Notes under the pieces: generated by a model
The model's input: the letters and a program-made list of their open reading frames with translations, nothing else
Told to the model about the DNA's origin: nothing
Databases searched by the model: none
Made by a program: the position numbers and the translations under genes
Shown here: in pieces, positions 1-8,466 of the stretch
Numbering within the stretch: position 1 is the first letter of the stretch
How the letters are laid out: each line of letters begins with the position of its first letter
Origin: a virus
Direction: 5' to 3' (one strand)
Virus record (IMG/VR): IMGVR_UViG_3300030419_005456
Location: 1 to 64,000 of that record
Length of the DNA: 64,000 nucleotides

Positions 1-338
1 CTACCGATGGTGGAGCTATTGATATAGATTGCAGTACGTCTAACTATCATGAAATTTTACTCAATGCTAATGCTTCATCTATAGTATTTACAAATGCAAC
101 TGCTGGACAAAGAATTGTAGTCAGAGTTAAACAGCACAGTAGTCATGTTGATTTGGACGCAACTAATGGCTGGAATAGTGTTACTGTTAATGGAAGTAGT
201 GGAACACTACACTGGCCCGGAGGAACAGAACCAACGCTAACGGAAGCAAACAACGCAATAGACATGTTTGGTTTTATTTTTACAAACACTGTAACTACCG
301 TACACGGATTCGTTTTAGGACAAGACATTAAGGCATAA
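1..338 (+). CDS. C-terminal part of a tail fibre/virion protein (5' end outside window)
   Basis: Frame 3 is open from position 3 (TDGGAIDIDC...) to TAA at 338. The motif WPGGTEPTLT..NAIDMFGF is typical of phage fibre C-terminal beta-sandwich domains. Confidence 0.65.
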   Translation, partial: TDGGAIDIDCSTSNYHEILLNANASSIVFTNATAGQRIVVRVKQHSSHVDLDATNGWNSVTVNGSSGTLHWPGGTEPTLTEANNAIDMFGFIFTNTVTTVHGFVLGQDIKA

Positions 339-340
339 CA

Positions 341-1084
341 ATGGCAACTGTAACAGTACGACCTCAAGCAAATGACGAAGATGGCTTTATCCGTGATGGT
401 CAGGACGCCGGTTCAGGAATGGGAAATGAACAAACCATTACCACCAACGCCAGAATTAAGATGGGACACCATGGCGGAGTGTCTCTTGGTGATTCAGGTT
501 ATGATCCTGATACTTATTTTGGGTGGATACATCTTAAAGGTACTTCTGGTGGTGTTTCGGGTGGAACTGTCGGAATTACCCAAGGCTCTACCATTAACAG
601 TGCCAAGCTTTATCTTTATTACCATGCGAGTAACATGGACCCCAATATGGAGATGACAGATCCCGGCGAAGGATTTACAGTTGCGGCAGAAGATACAGAT
701 AGCGGATCTAAACCTACTTCTTATGCACATGTGGCGGGATGGACACTCACAAGCGCTACTGTTGCAACTGGAAGCCTTGCTGACTACGACAGTGACGACA
801 TGGCAGAATATAATGAAGAGTTTTCTGCTGGATGGTATCCTTCATCGGGTCTTGAAATAAAAACAGTAATACAGGAATTGGTAAACAGAAGTGGTTGGAG
901 TGCGCAGAATAATATAAATCTAAAATTAACCCCCGCCACAAAAGGGGATTATGAGTGGGATATAGAGTGGAAAGATTATGACAACCGGACTGGAAGTAAC
1001 TACCATCCAAAATTAGTAATAGACTATACCGCTGCTGGTGCTGGTCCAACAGATAATCCAGCCGCTTTTTTATTGTTTGTTTAG
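341..1084 (+). CDS. Virion protein with DNRLRE/CBM96-like beta-sandwich domain
   Basis: 247-aa ORF with GSTINSAKLYLY ... IKTVIQELVNRSGW ... HPKLVIDY, a pattern of DNRLRE-type carbohydrate-binding-like domains; lies in the structural cluster. Confidence 0.5.
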   Translation: MATVTVRPQANDEDGFIRDGQDAGSGMGNEQTITTNARIKMGHHGGVSLGDSGYDPDTYFGWIHLKGTSGGVSGGTVGITQGSTINSAKLYLYYHASNMDPNMEMTDPGEGFTVAAEDTDSGSKPTSYAHVAGWTLTSATVATGSLADYDSDDMAEYNEEFSAGWYPSSGLEIKTVIQELVNRSGWSAQNNINLKLTPATKGDYEWDIEWKDYDNRTGSNYHPKLVIDYTAAGAGPTDNPAAFLLFV

Positions 1085-1093
1085 AGGTAAGCC

Positions 1094-1738
1094 ATGTTTG
1101 GTCTCCAACCCGTAAGCGCTGGTCCACTTTCGGCATCAGCAGCAAAGATTGTCCATACTGGATCTGCCACTATATCAGCAGTTGCTACGCAGTCTGTTGC
1201 CTTCACGGTTTTGGGTACAGCCTCTCTTGGTACAGGCTCACCGTTCTCTCTAGGATTTAATACAGGATTCCAGCAGGGTATTTCTGTCATTGGTCAAGGG
1301 ACTATAATACAGGAATTTTTGGGTATTGTAACGGCTATTAGTGCCGATGGAATAGTGGAAAAACCGGGAATAACCAGTCTTGGCCCAACGTTCTCTATCA
1401 CTCCAAAACCACAAATACAATTAAGCCCACCTACTTCCATACAAACTGTAGGAAGTTTAAGCGGAAATAGTGTATTATTATTAGGAGGGAGTACTAACTT
1501 ATTACCCTTGGCGTCCATCCAAGCGGTATTAGTATCAAATCTGGATAATTTTGACGAAGTCGAATTTACCCTATATCTCGATAAATTAAGAGAGATTACG
1601 GGCTACATAGACAAAAGCCAAAGCCTTAACCTCTACATAGATAAGCAAAAAGCTATTGAACTGTATTTGGATAAGGTATTGTCGCACACTAAGTATATAG
1701 ACAAACAAAGAAGTTTTGAATTGGTGAGAGAAAAATAA
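1094..1738 (+). CDS. Hypothetical virion protein with C-terminal 10-aa Y(L/I)DK repeats
   Basis: 214-aa ORF preceded by SD-like GAGG; five Y(L/I)DK units at exact 10-aa spacing. Confidence 0.55.
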   Translation: MFGLQPVSAGPLSASAAKIVHTGSATISAVATQSVAFTVLGTASLGTGSPFSLGFNTGFQQGISVIGQGTIIQEFLGIVTAISADGIVEKPGITSLGPTFSITPKPQIQLSPPTSIQTVGSLSGNSVLLLGGSTNLLPLASIQAVLVSNLDNFDEVEFTLYLDKLREITGYIDKSQSLNLYIDKQKAIELYLDKVLSHTKYIDKQRSFELVREK

Positions 1739-1739
1739 T

Positions 1740-2048
1740 ATGCCAGCTAACGAAATACATCAAAACGACATAGGTACTAAATTTGTGGTCACCATAAAAG
1801 ACGGAAGCAGTGCCGTTGATGTTTCTGGAGCCACTACGAAACAGATCATTTTTAAAAAACCTTCTGGTACGACGCTGACAAAAGCGGCAGCATTTAACAG
1901 CGATGGGTCGGACGGCATAATTTACTATAGCGCTGCTTCTGAAGATTTAGACGAAACCGGAACATACAAAATACAGGGTAAGGTAGTAATTAGCGATGGA
2001 ACTTTTTACACGGACATTCAATCATTTAAAGTGCATAGAAATTTATAG
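1740..2048 (+). CDS. BppU N-terminal-like Ig-fold virion protein
   Basis: 102 aa; DIGTKFVVTIKDG..VDVSGAT..IFKKPSG..G.I.Y..DLDE.G.Y..QG pattern of BppU_N-like phage proteins. Confidence 0.6.
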   Translation: MPANEIHQNDIGTKFVVTIKDGSSAVDVSGATTKQIIFKKPSGTTLTKAAAFNSDGSDGIIYYSAASEDLDETGTYKIQGKVVISDGTFYTDIQSFKVHRNL

Positions 2049-2057
2049 GAGTCCAAT

Positions 2058-2570
2058 ATGGCTTGGCAAAATGAAATGTCCATTATAGTTCGTCATTTAG
2101 TTAATGATTTGGACTCCAGCGATTATACTTTTACTCAAGATAGAATCGAAGAAACTATACTAGTAAGCGCTCAATTGCTACTACACGAAGTAGACTTTGA
2201 GAATACTTACACTGTAGATGTAGATGCTTCAAGCTTGAGTCCAGATCCGACAAGTTCTTCTGACAAAGATGATGCATTTATTTCTTTGTTATGTTTAAAA
2301 TCAGCTTACATCCTCATAGGCAGCGAACTTAAAACACACGCTCTTAATGCTATTTCATTGAGAGACGGCCCATCAGCTTTAGATCTTAGGGGTATTGTTA
2401 GTGGATTAAAGATATTGTTAGATGACGTTACCAAGAGATACGAAGAAGCTAAGATGCAATACAAGGTGGGTGGAAGCGTAGCAGGACAAGCTATACTTGG
2501 ACCGTACTCTCCGGGTGCAGACAGTATAGCTAGAACAAATTTATCTAGCAGGTCAGGATGGTTTGAATAA
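2058..2570 (+). CDS. Putative head-tail adaptor/connector protein
   Basis: 170 aa, predicted mostly helical (VRHLVNDL..Y.F.QDRI); AGGAG SD; position at the start of the neck module. Confidence 0.5.
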   Translation: MAWQNEMSIIVRHLVNDLDSSDYTFTQDRIEETILVSAQLLLHEVDFENTYTVDVDASSLSPDPTSSSDKDDAFISLLCLKSAYILIGSELKTHALNAISLRDGPSALDLRGIVSGLKILLDDVTKRYEEAKMQYKVGGSVAGQAILGPYSPGADSIARTNLSSRSGWFE

Positions 2571-4843
2571 TGGCAGAATATACACAAGCTAGCATAAAAA
2601 CTAAAATAGACGCCGATTTAGCCGATAATGTCCAAGGCGGTATTACGGCTGAAACTTTGCGTACTTCACTGAAGAACGTAGTAGACTCTGTAATTCCAAT
2701 TATGGCTAGCGGTGAAGATATCTACTTTATTAATGATTTAGATATCAGAGACAATTCTATTGTTAGTGCCAATCAGTCTCTCGGGTTGATTAATGGACAA
2801 TGGAGCAATAAAAACGTTGCCTCTATTGAGTTTCGCAGTGGTAGTGATACCACCAATAGAGATGATGCTCACATTGTTTTCTACACATCTGCTTCTGGGG
2901 TAGCTTCAACCACTGGTGGTCCCGGCCCTAAAAAGAGAATGACTATTGGATCAAATGGGGTTGTGACTGTTTTTGGAAGTGGACAAACGGACCCAGCAAT
3001 GTTTATCAGATCTATACACGGTTCTGGTCTTAATTTGCTACTTGACGATTCTCCGCAAAACGTTGCAGTTTTAAACGATACCAGTTTTAATCTAGGACAT
3101 TGGGCTAGTGGTTCCTCCGTCTTTACAGAGAGATTTACAATCAATCCTCTAGGATATGTAGGTATTGGCGTCAAACCTCTACAACCTTTACATATTAGAC
3201 ATTCTGGTGAAGCAATACGTTTTGACTCTCAAGTAAATGCCAATAACACTGCCGATCTTTATCTCGGAAAATATAGAACAGCAACCACCGCTTATGCAGA
3301 TAGTGATTTCTACATGGGGTTTGGGTTAGGTGTTAGTACATCTGCTAGTGGTGCTGGCTATTTCTTCATCGGTTCAGATTCAGATAGAGGTAAGTCTGTT
3401 GTTTCTACAGAAGCCTTATTTGTTTTAGACAGTGGCGGAAACGTTGCAATAGGAAACAACTACCCCAAAGAAAAACTTGAGATTGGAGATGGGCTGGGCA
3501 GAATAACTGCAAGCGGTGACGGTAATGCTGTTTCTATTGCTTCTAAAATGGGCGACTCCCATCTTTACTTGGGTTCTGGAAATGGCATATCCCACCTGTC
3601 TAATTATGGTCATATTAAATGGGAAGGTAACAAGCATAGACTTGTTATTGATACTAAAAGCGCACAAATCCCCAAAAGAGAACAGTTTGTAATTGATTCC
3701 ACCAATGGAAATGTGGGCATTGGTAATTCTGGTATTAGTGTTGTCCACACTTGGAGACCTAATCATAACCTGCATGTTTCTGGAAGTGGAACGCCTACAA
3801 CTCTAGCTGTAGAGAACGCCCTTAATACAAATACAGCAATACATATTGGTAAAGACACACATGGTAGCGGCATCTTAACATACTCAGGGACAGACGACGA
3901 AAAGGGCCACTGGGCAACTATAGGGTATAAATCTTCCAGTGAAGTTTTGAAAATTAATAATTCAGGCTCTTTTGTTCCTAGCCATCTGACTGTTAATAGG
4001 CTGGGACAAGTCGGTATTAATACGGATTCCCCATATAACAATACCAGCGTAGGTACAAATCATTTACATGTGTATGGAACCAACTCCGCTATGATTGTTG
4101 GAGACCCGTTTGGTGGAAGTAACTCAGCCTTGAGATTGCTTGGTTCCAGAAGTACTAATAACACGGCCTATGTTCAAACAGGAACAAGCGCTGCTGACAC
4201 AGATGCTAAATTAAGAATTACCAGATTCGATACAGATGGAACTAACTTCCACAAGATGGAAGTGTATGCAGATTCATCTCAGTTCCATGGCTCAGGTGTA
4301 TTCAATCAGGTTAGTCTCAATGGTAACTTGCTATTGAATGACAATTGGGTCAGTAATGATGGTGGCAATGAAGGTATAAGAGTTACCAATGCTGGTAAGG
4401 TTGGTATTAATGTGGCAGAGCCTACCTATGAACTCCAGCTTAGTAGCAACTCTGCTGGCAAGCCAATCAGTTCCGTTTGGTCTGTAGTTTCTGACCAGAC
4501 AACAAAAAAGAACGTTCAAACTTTAACAGGAAGCTTGAGCAAGATTATGGAGTTGCGACCTGTCAGTTTTAATTTTACTGAAGAATATTGCGACTATTTT
4601 TGCGCTCATGACCATGAATCTCAATACAACTTTATAGCTCAGGAAGTTGAAGAGGTCTTCCCAGAAGCGGTTAAGCTAAACAATGTAACATTGACAAGCC
4701 ATGCTACGGGGGAAACTAAGAATATACCGCTTAGATCTATTGATGCCCATATTATAAATATTCATATGGTCTCAGCATTGCAGGAACTTAAACAAGAACT
4801 GGAAGACGCTAAACAAAGAATTTCTGAACTTGAATCCTCATAA
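2570..4843 (+). CDS. Fibre protein with C-terminal peptidase S74 intramolecular chaperone
   Basis: Repeated G.VGI(G/N) fibre motifs; C-terminal SDQTTKKNV..LSKIMELRPVSF..FIAQEVEEVFPEAV..ALQEL followed by a coiled coil. Confidence 0.85.
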   Translation: MAEYTQASIKTKIDADLADNVQGGITAETLRTSLKNVVDSVIPIMASGEDIYFINDLDIRDNSIVSANQSLGLINGQWSNKNVASIEFRSGSDTTNRDDAHIVFYTSASGVASTTGGPGPKKRMTIGSNGVVTVFGSGQTDPAMFIRSIHGSGLNLLLDDSPQNVAVLNDTSFNLGHWASGSSVFTERFTINPLGYVGIGVKPLQPLHIRHSGEAIRFDSQVNANNTADLYLGKYRTATTAYADSDFYMGFGLGVSTSASGAGYFFIGSDSDRGKSVVSTEALFVLDSGGNVAIGNNYPKEKLEIGDGLGRITASGDGNAVSIASKMGDSHLYLGSGNGISHLSNYGHIKWEGNKHRLVIDTKSAQIPKREQFVIDSTNGNVGIGNSGISVVHTWRPNHNLHVSGSGTPTTLAVENALNTNTAIHIGKDTHGSGILTYSGTDDEKGHWATIGYKSSSEVLKINNSGSFVPSHLTVNRLGQVGINTDSPYNNTSVGTNHLHVYGTNSAMIVGDPFGGSNSALRLLGSRSTNNTAYVQTGTSAADTDAKLRITRFDTDGTNFHKMEVYADSSQFHGSGVFNQVSLNGNLLLNDNWVSNDGGNEGIRVTNAGKVGINVAEPTYELQLSSNSAGKPISSVWSVVSDQTTKKNVQTLTGSLSKIMELRPVSFNFTEEYCDYFCAHDHESQYNFIAQEVEEVFPEAVKLNNVTLTSHATGETKNIPLRSIDAHIINIHMVSALQELKQELEDAKQRISELESS

Positions 4844-4854
4844 GGAGATAAAAA

Positions 4855-5073
4855 ATGGCTAGTGACGTAACTGATCATGCAAAAACTAGTATTACCACCA
4901 CTAGAAACTATACCGTAGTTGTGGGTGCGCCAAAAGGCTCCACCACAGATGCATACGGATCTAACTACACTATTAACTCAACAATAAACGACGCTGCAAA
5001 TCTTGACACACTGTTTGACAAACTTGGCGATAGATTTGATGATCCTAGATACTACAATGGTGACAATAGCTAG
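4855..5073 (+). CDS. Small hypothetical protein
   Basis: 72-aa ORF with strong AGGAGA SD, tightly packed in the operon. Confidence 0.6.
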   Translation: MASDVTDHAKTSITTTRNYTVVVGAPKGSTTDAYGSNYTINSTINDAANLDTLFDKLGDRFDDPRYYNGDNS

Positions 5074-5081
5074 AGGTAGCA

Positions 5082-5573
5082 ATGGGTTTAAATATTCCAA
5101 CCAGCGTATTTAATAAACTAAACGAGGCTATTCTACTTTTTAATAGAACTTGCACGCTCGTCTATCCCGAAAAAAAAGAACGGTGTATTAATTGTTTTAC
5201 CAACACCATAGGGGGACGCTCCGTCAATTCTTATAGAAGTGGAGGACCGGTTTCTTTTAATAGGGGAAGCTTATGTCCTTTATGTGGGGGAGAGGGTTTT
5301 AAAAACGTAGAATTTACAAAAGATGTAGAACTAAGGGTTTATTATAACAGGAAGGAATTTATTGACGTTGGTGTTGAAGCTGATATACCCAGCAATGTTA
5401 TTCAAACTGTTGGGTTAATGTCAGACTATGCCGACATAATGAAAGCCAAGGAATTGTTAGTTTCCGTAGGGTCGCAAAATCAAGGGAGATATAAAAGGAT
5501 TAGTGAGCCTTACCCACAAGGCTTTAAACAGAATCCTACACAGTACGTTGTTATTTTTTGGGAAAGAGTTTAA
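5082..5573 (+). CDS. Putative head-closure/neck protein with Zn-binding insertion
   Basis: 163 aa; CINC...CPLCGGEG Zn motif within a beta-rich protein; neck-module position. Confidence 0.55.
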   Translation: MGLNIPTSVFNKLNEAILLFNRTCTLVYPEKKERCINCFTNTIGGRSVNSYRSGGPVSFNRGSLCPLCGGEGFKNVEFTKDVELRVYYNRKEFIDVGVEADIPSNVIQTVGLMSDYADIMKAKELLVSVGSQNQGRYKRISEPYPQGFKQNPTQYVVIFWERV

Positions 5574-6250
5574 TGGCTAAAAATAATCTATGGCTTAAGA
5601 TAACAACCCCGGAACATCGAATTGAAAAGATGATTATTGAACAGTTGGCGCAAAGACTTAGGTCATCAATAAATAAAGTGGCTCAAGTTGGACCAAGCCA
5701 GTTAAGGCCGATAGTTGAAAATGCTATTTTAGGCTGCCCGGAAATGCAGTCTCTGGCAGGAGGTAAACTGGCCGGTCAGTTAGGATTATACCCTAGTCAA
5801 CAAAGCAGTGCGCCTCTACAAATAGCTGCTGCTGTAAGTGATAATGTTGAATTACAACCAACGGCTATTAGAACCGCAGGTGGAAAATTAAGTGGAGGTT
5901 TACTGCTACAAATACAGCCAACAGATTTTAAAGATGTTTTAGGTATACCAGACTCAAAAGTAAGATACAAGGGGGGAACAAGAGACCAGACACGAATTAT
6001 AGAGTGGTTGGACTGGCTTCTACTAAGAGGGGATAAGATAATTGTAAGTAAATACCATGTAGTGTATGACGGCAGAGGTAGGAGTGGGATAGCATCAATG
6101 AAAAAAGGGGGGATGTTTAGAATAGACCCCGCTTTTTCTGGAACAACAGAAGATAATTTTATATCAAGAGCATTGGCAGGGCCGGAAGCAAGAAGCATGA
6201 TACTAGTAGCAATAAACAGGGTTTGGCAAACATTCTGGAGTTCACTGTAG
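5573..6250 (+). CDS. Putative neck/tail-completion protein
   Basis: ATG at 5573 overlaps the upstream TAA (TAATG), so it is preferred over 5558; WLDWLL..G and F.GT.EDNFISRA; lies between head-closure and terminator genes. Confidence 0.5.
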   Translation: MAKNNLWLKITTPEHRIEKMIIEQLAQRLRSSINKVAQVGPSQLRPIVENAILGCPEMQSLAGGKLAGQLGLYPSQQSSAPLQIAAAVSDNVELQPTAIRTAGGKLSGGLLLQIQPTDFKDVLGIPDSKVRYKGGTRDQTRIIEWLDWLLLRGDKIIVSKYHVVYDGRGRSGIASMKKGGMFRIDPAFSGTTEDNFISRALAGPEARSMILVAINRVWQTFWSSL

Positions 6251-6258
6251 GTTAAAAA

Positions 6259-7272
6259 ATGGCTAACGAACACTTAAAACTCAATAAAGTCAATAATATA
6301 GGCGATAGCACGCTTACGTCTATGCTTAGTGATAATATTATTGAATTTTTCAATTGGACACTAATGGACAATGGTGGATTTTTTAACATTAATATTCCTA
6401 CATCTGGACACTACGGCGGAGACAAACATAAATTAAGGCTAGTAAATGATCCGAGATATGACTCTGGTCAAGTCTGGGAGGGGTTCAGGTCTAACTGGGT
6501 TTGGGAAAGTGGTCTTTCATGTGACACACAACCTTTGGTGACACAAAAGTGGCAAAGCCCCGGTGTTTCCGGCGTTTTTGTTAACGGAGGGTTTTACCCT
6601 TCTGGTCATAGCACTTACGGACACCATATAGATTATCCTCGTGGTAGAGTTATTTTTGACAGTGCTATAAGTACAAGCTCTGCTGTGACAGCAGAATTTA
6701 GCTATAAGTGGGTAAATGTAGTTCCTGCGGACGAGAGATTTTTTAGAGAAATTCAATATAGATCTCAGAGAGCCGATGGCGACTTTAATTACACAGCTTC
6801 TGGGGACTACTCTCAGTTGGCTGAAAATAGATTGCAACTACCTGTATTAGCTGTAGAAACAACTACTAGACGTACACTTAAACCCTATGCGTTGGGGTCT
6901 AAGACACATTTTGTTAATTCAGACGTTGTTTTTCATGTATTAGCAGAAGATGATTATACAAGAGACAAATTAATGGATATAGTTTCTTTTCAAGATGAGA
7001 AAACTATATACATGTTTGATAGCGATAGAATAGGAAGAAAGAACGCTTTCCCCTTAGATTATAGGGGTTCCGTGAAGCCAAGTGGTCTCAGATATCCAGA
7101 TTTGGTAAAGCCTAGTGGACACGAAACAGGATCAATAGAGAAGAAAGGCTACAGATGGAGTGTAGCGGACGGAAAGATGACATTTACAAATGCCAGAATA
7201 CAGGAGGGTAGCGCGATAAGCCCTAATTTATACCATGGTGTGGTTAGGCTAAACGCGGAGGTAATTACGTAA
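6259..7272 (+). CDS. Putative tail terminator protein with inserted domain
   Basis: 337 aa immediately before the tail tube gene; LPVLAVE..PYALG..DVVFHVLAED...RDKLMDI resembles the terminator alpha/beta fold; IDYPRGRVIF insertion. Confidence 0.55.
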   Translation: MANEHLKLNKVNNIGDSTLTSMLSDNIIEFFNWTLMDNGGFFNINIPTSGHYGGDKHKLRLVNDPRYDSGQVWEGFRSNWVWESGLSCDTQPLVTQKWQSPGVSGVFVNGGFYPSGHSTYGHHIDYPRGRVIFDSAISTSSAVTAEFSYKWVNVVPADERFFREIQYRSQRADGDFNYTASGDYSQLAENRLQLPVLAVETTTRRTLKPYALGSKTHFVNSDVVFHVLAEDDYTRDKLMDIVSFQDEKTIYMFDSDRIGRKNAFPLDYRGSVKPSGLRYPDLVKPSGHETGSIEKKGYRWSVADGKMTFTNARIQEGSAISPNLYHGVVRLNAEVIT

Positions 7273-7287
7273 AAAAACTATACAGTT

Positions 7288-7322
7288 TGGTGTATAATAC
7301 AATGGTAAAACAATTTAACCCG
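7288..7322 (+). promoter_or_regulatory. Putative phage late promoter TGGTGTATAATA with downstream TTAACCCG box
   Basis: The same 12-mer and the same TTAACCCG-before-AGGAGA arrangement recur at 40199-40225. Confidence 0.6.
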
Positions 7323-7339
7323 TTTTAGGAGAGAAAATA

Positions 7340-8281
7340 ATGGCAGCTAAAAGAGTATATTGGGCTATTGAAGCCCTAGCCGTCAGTTCCGGCGCAGCAG
7401 ACGGCGCGCCAAAAGGTGGTGGCGCACTAGCAGCGGCAGACTTTGTCTCTGGCGTACAAAGTGTAGGTATTACCACTACGTTTAATCTAGAGCAAGTTTT
7501 CCAATTAGGTCAGCTTTCTTTGTATCAAGACGTAGAAGAAGTACCTGATGTTGAAGTCACAGTAGAAAGAGTTATGGATGGTCAAGCCCTTCTCTATACA
7601 AGAGCTATGGGTGGTACTGGAACTATTTCCGCACTTCAAAACAATAGAGCAGATGTTTACTTTTCTGTCTACAGTGATGATAAAGATCGCGCTGGAGATG
7701 GCAACCCTGATACTACAGTTTTCTGTTCTGGCATGTATGTATCTTCAGCTTCGTTTACTTTCCCAACGGATGGTAACCTGACTGAATCTATTACTATGGT
7801 AGGAAACCATGCTGAATGGGGAACGGCTAGCGGCAACTCTTCTGGCGCTCCAGATTCTGACATGAGTGGTTCTGTTAAGCGTAGACAAGATGTTACTAAC
7901 ATGTCTACTATTATCAGTAATCTTGCTAGTGATATTGGTTCTACTGCTAAAGTCACCAACATGACTGTTAGTGTTGACTTTGGTCGTGAACAGATCAATA
8001 TTCTTGGTCAGAAACTTCCTTACCATAGATATGTTACTTATCCTGTTGAAGTTACTTGTGAAATTGAAACGCTTGCGATTGGCGGGGCTAACGTAAGCGC
8101 TTATCCAGAACAGGATAATGTGGGGGCAAGGACTATTAGCATTGCTGCTGGTGGTCATACGATTAACCTTGGAGCCGCTAATAAACTTCAAACGGTAACG
8201 TGGGGAGGTGGCTCGACCGGTGGTGAAAATGCCACAATTTCATATTCATATCGTAACTTTAACGATTTGACTGTGAGCTAG
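7340..8281 (+). CDS. Major tail tube protein (internally duplicated)
   Basis: 313 aa with its own promoter and terminator; two related halves (VQSVGITTTFNLEQVFQLGQ..PDVEVTVE and VTNMTVSVDFGREQINILGQ..PVEVTCEIE); upstream of chaperone-like genes and TMP; no sheath gene seen. Confidence 0.75.
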   Translation: MAAKRVYWAIEALAVSSGAADGAPKGGGALAAADFVSGVQSVGITTTFNLEQVFQLGQLSLYQDVEEVPDVEVTVERVMDGQALLYTRAMGGTGTISALQNNRADVYFSVYSDDKDRAGDGNPDTTVFCSGMYVSSASFTFPTDGNLTESITMVGNHAEWGTASGNSSGAPDSDMSGSVKRRQDVTNMSTIISNLASDIGSTAKVTNMTVSVDFGREQINILGQKLPYHRYVTYPVEVTCEIETLAIGGANVSAYPEQDNVGARTISIAAGGHTINLGAANKLQTVTWGGGSTGGENATISYSYRNFNDLTVS

Positions 8282-8295
8282 AATTTTTAGCAATG

Positions 8296-8329
8296 TGGGT
8301 TGGGGGGGATACTCCCCCCAGCCCATTTT
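8296..8329 (+). terminator. Rho-independent terminator after tail tube gene
   Basis: TGGGTTGGGGGGG-ATAC-TCCCCCCAGCCCA stem followed by TTTT. Confidence 0.75.
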
Positions 8330-8429
8330 GTCAGTACGAAATAGTGCTGCGATAGCCAAAGCTGGGGATAGTAATTGGCAAGTAGACGTACTGACATTTT
8401 TAGGAAAAGGAGTGCATTATGGCTATTTC
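8329..8429 (+). ncRNA. Candidate structured cis-regulatory RNA leader
   Basis: Nested stems TGTCAGTACG/CGTACTGACA, CTGC/GTAG and GCCAA/TTGGC; segments 8338-8345 and 8351-8358 are complementary to 8420-8429. Confidence 0.4.
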
Positions 8430-8466
8430 AAATTTCCCGTTGGTAGAGTTCTATGGAATTTTATGA
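8419..8466 (+). CDS. Putative 15-aa leader peptide MAISNFPLVEFYGIL
   Basis: AAGGAG SD 6 nt before ATG 8419; stop TGA at 8464-8466; overlaps the start of the next gene by 14 nt. Confidence 0.35.
   Translation: MAISNFPLVEFYGIL

Noticed and set aside
8329-8400. Hammerhead or other known ribozyme (CGAAA and CTGA present)
   Set aside because: There is no CUGANGA core in the required arrangement, and I could not fit another known family by eye.
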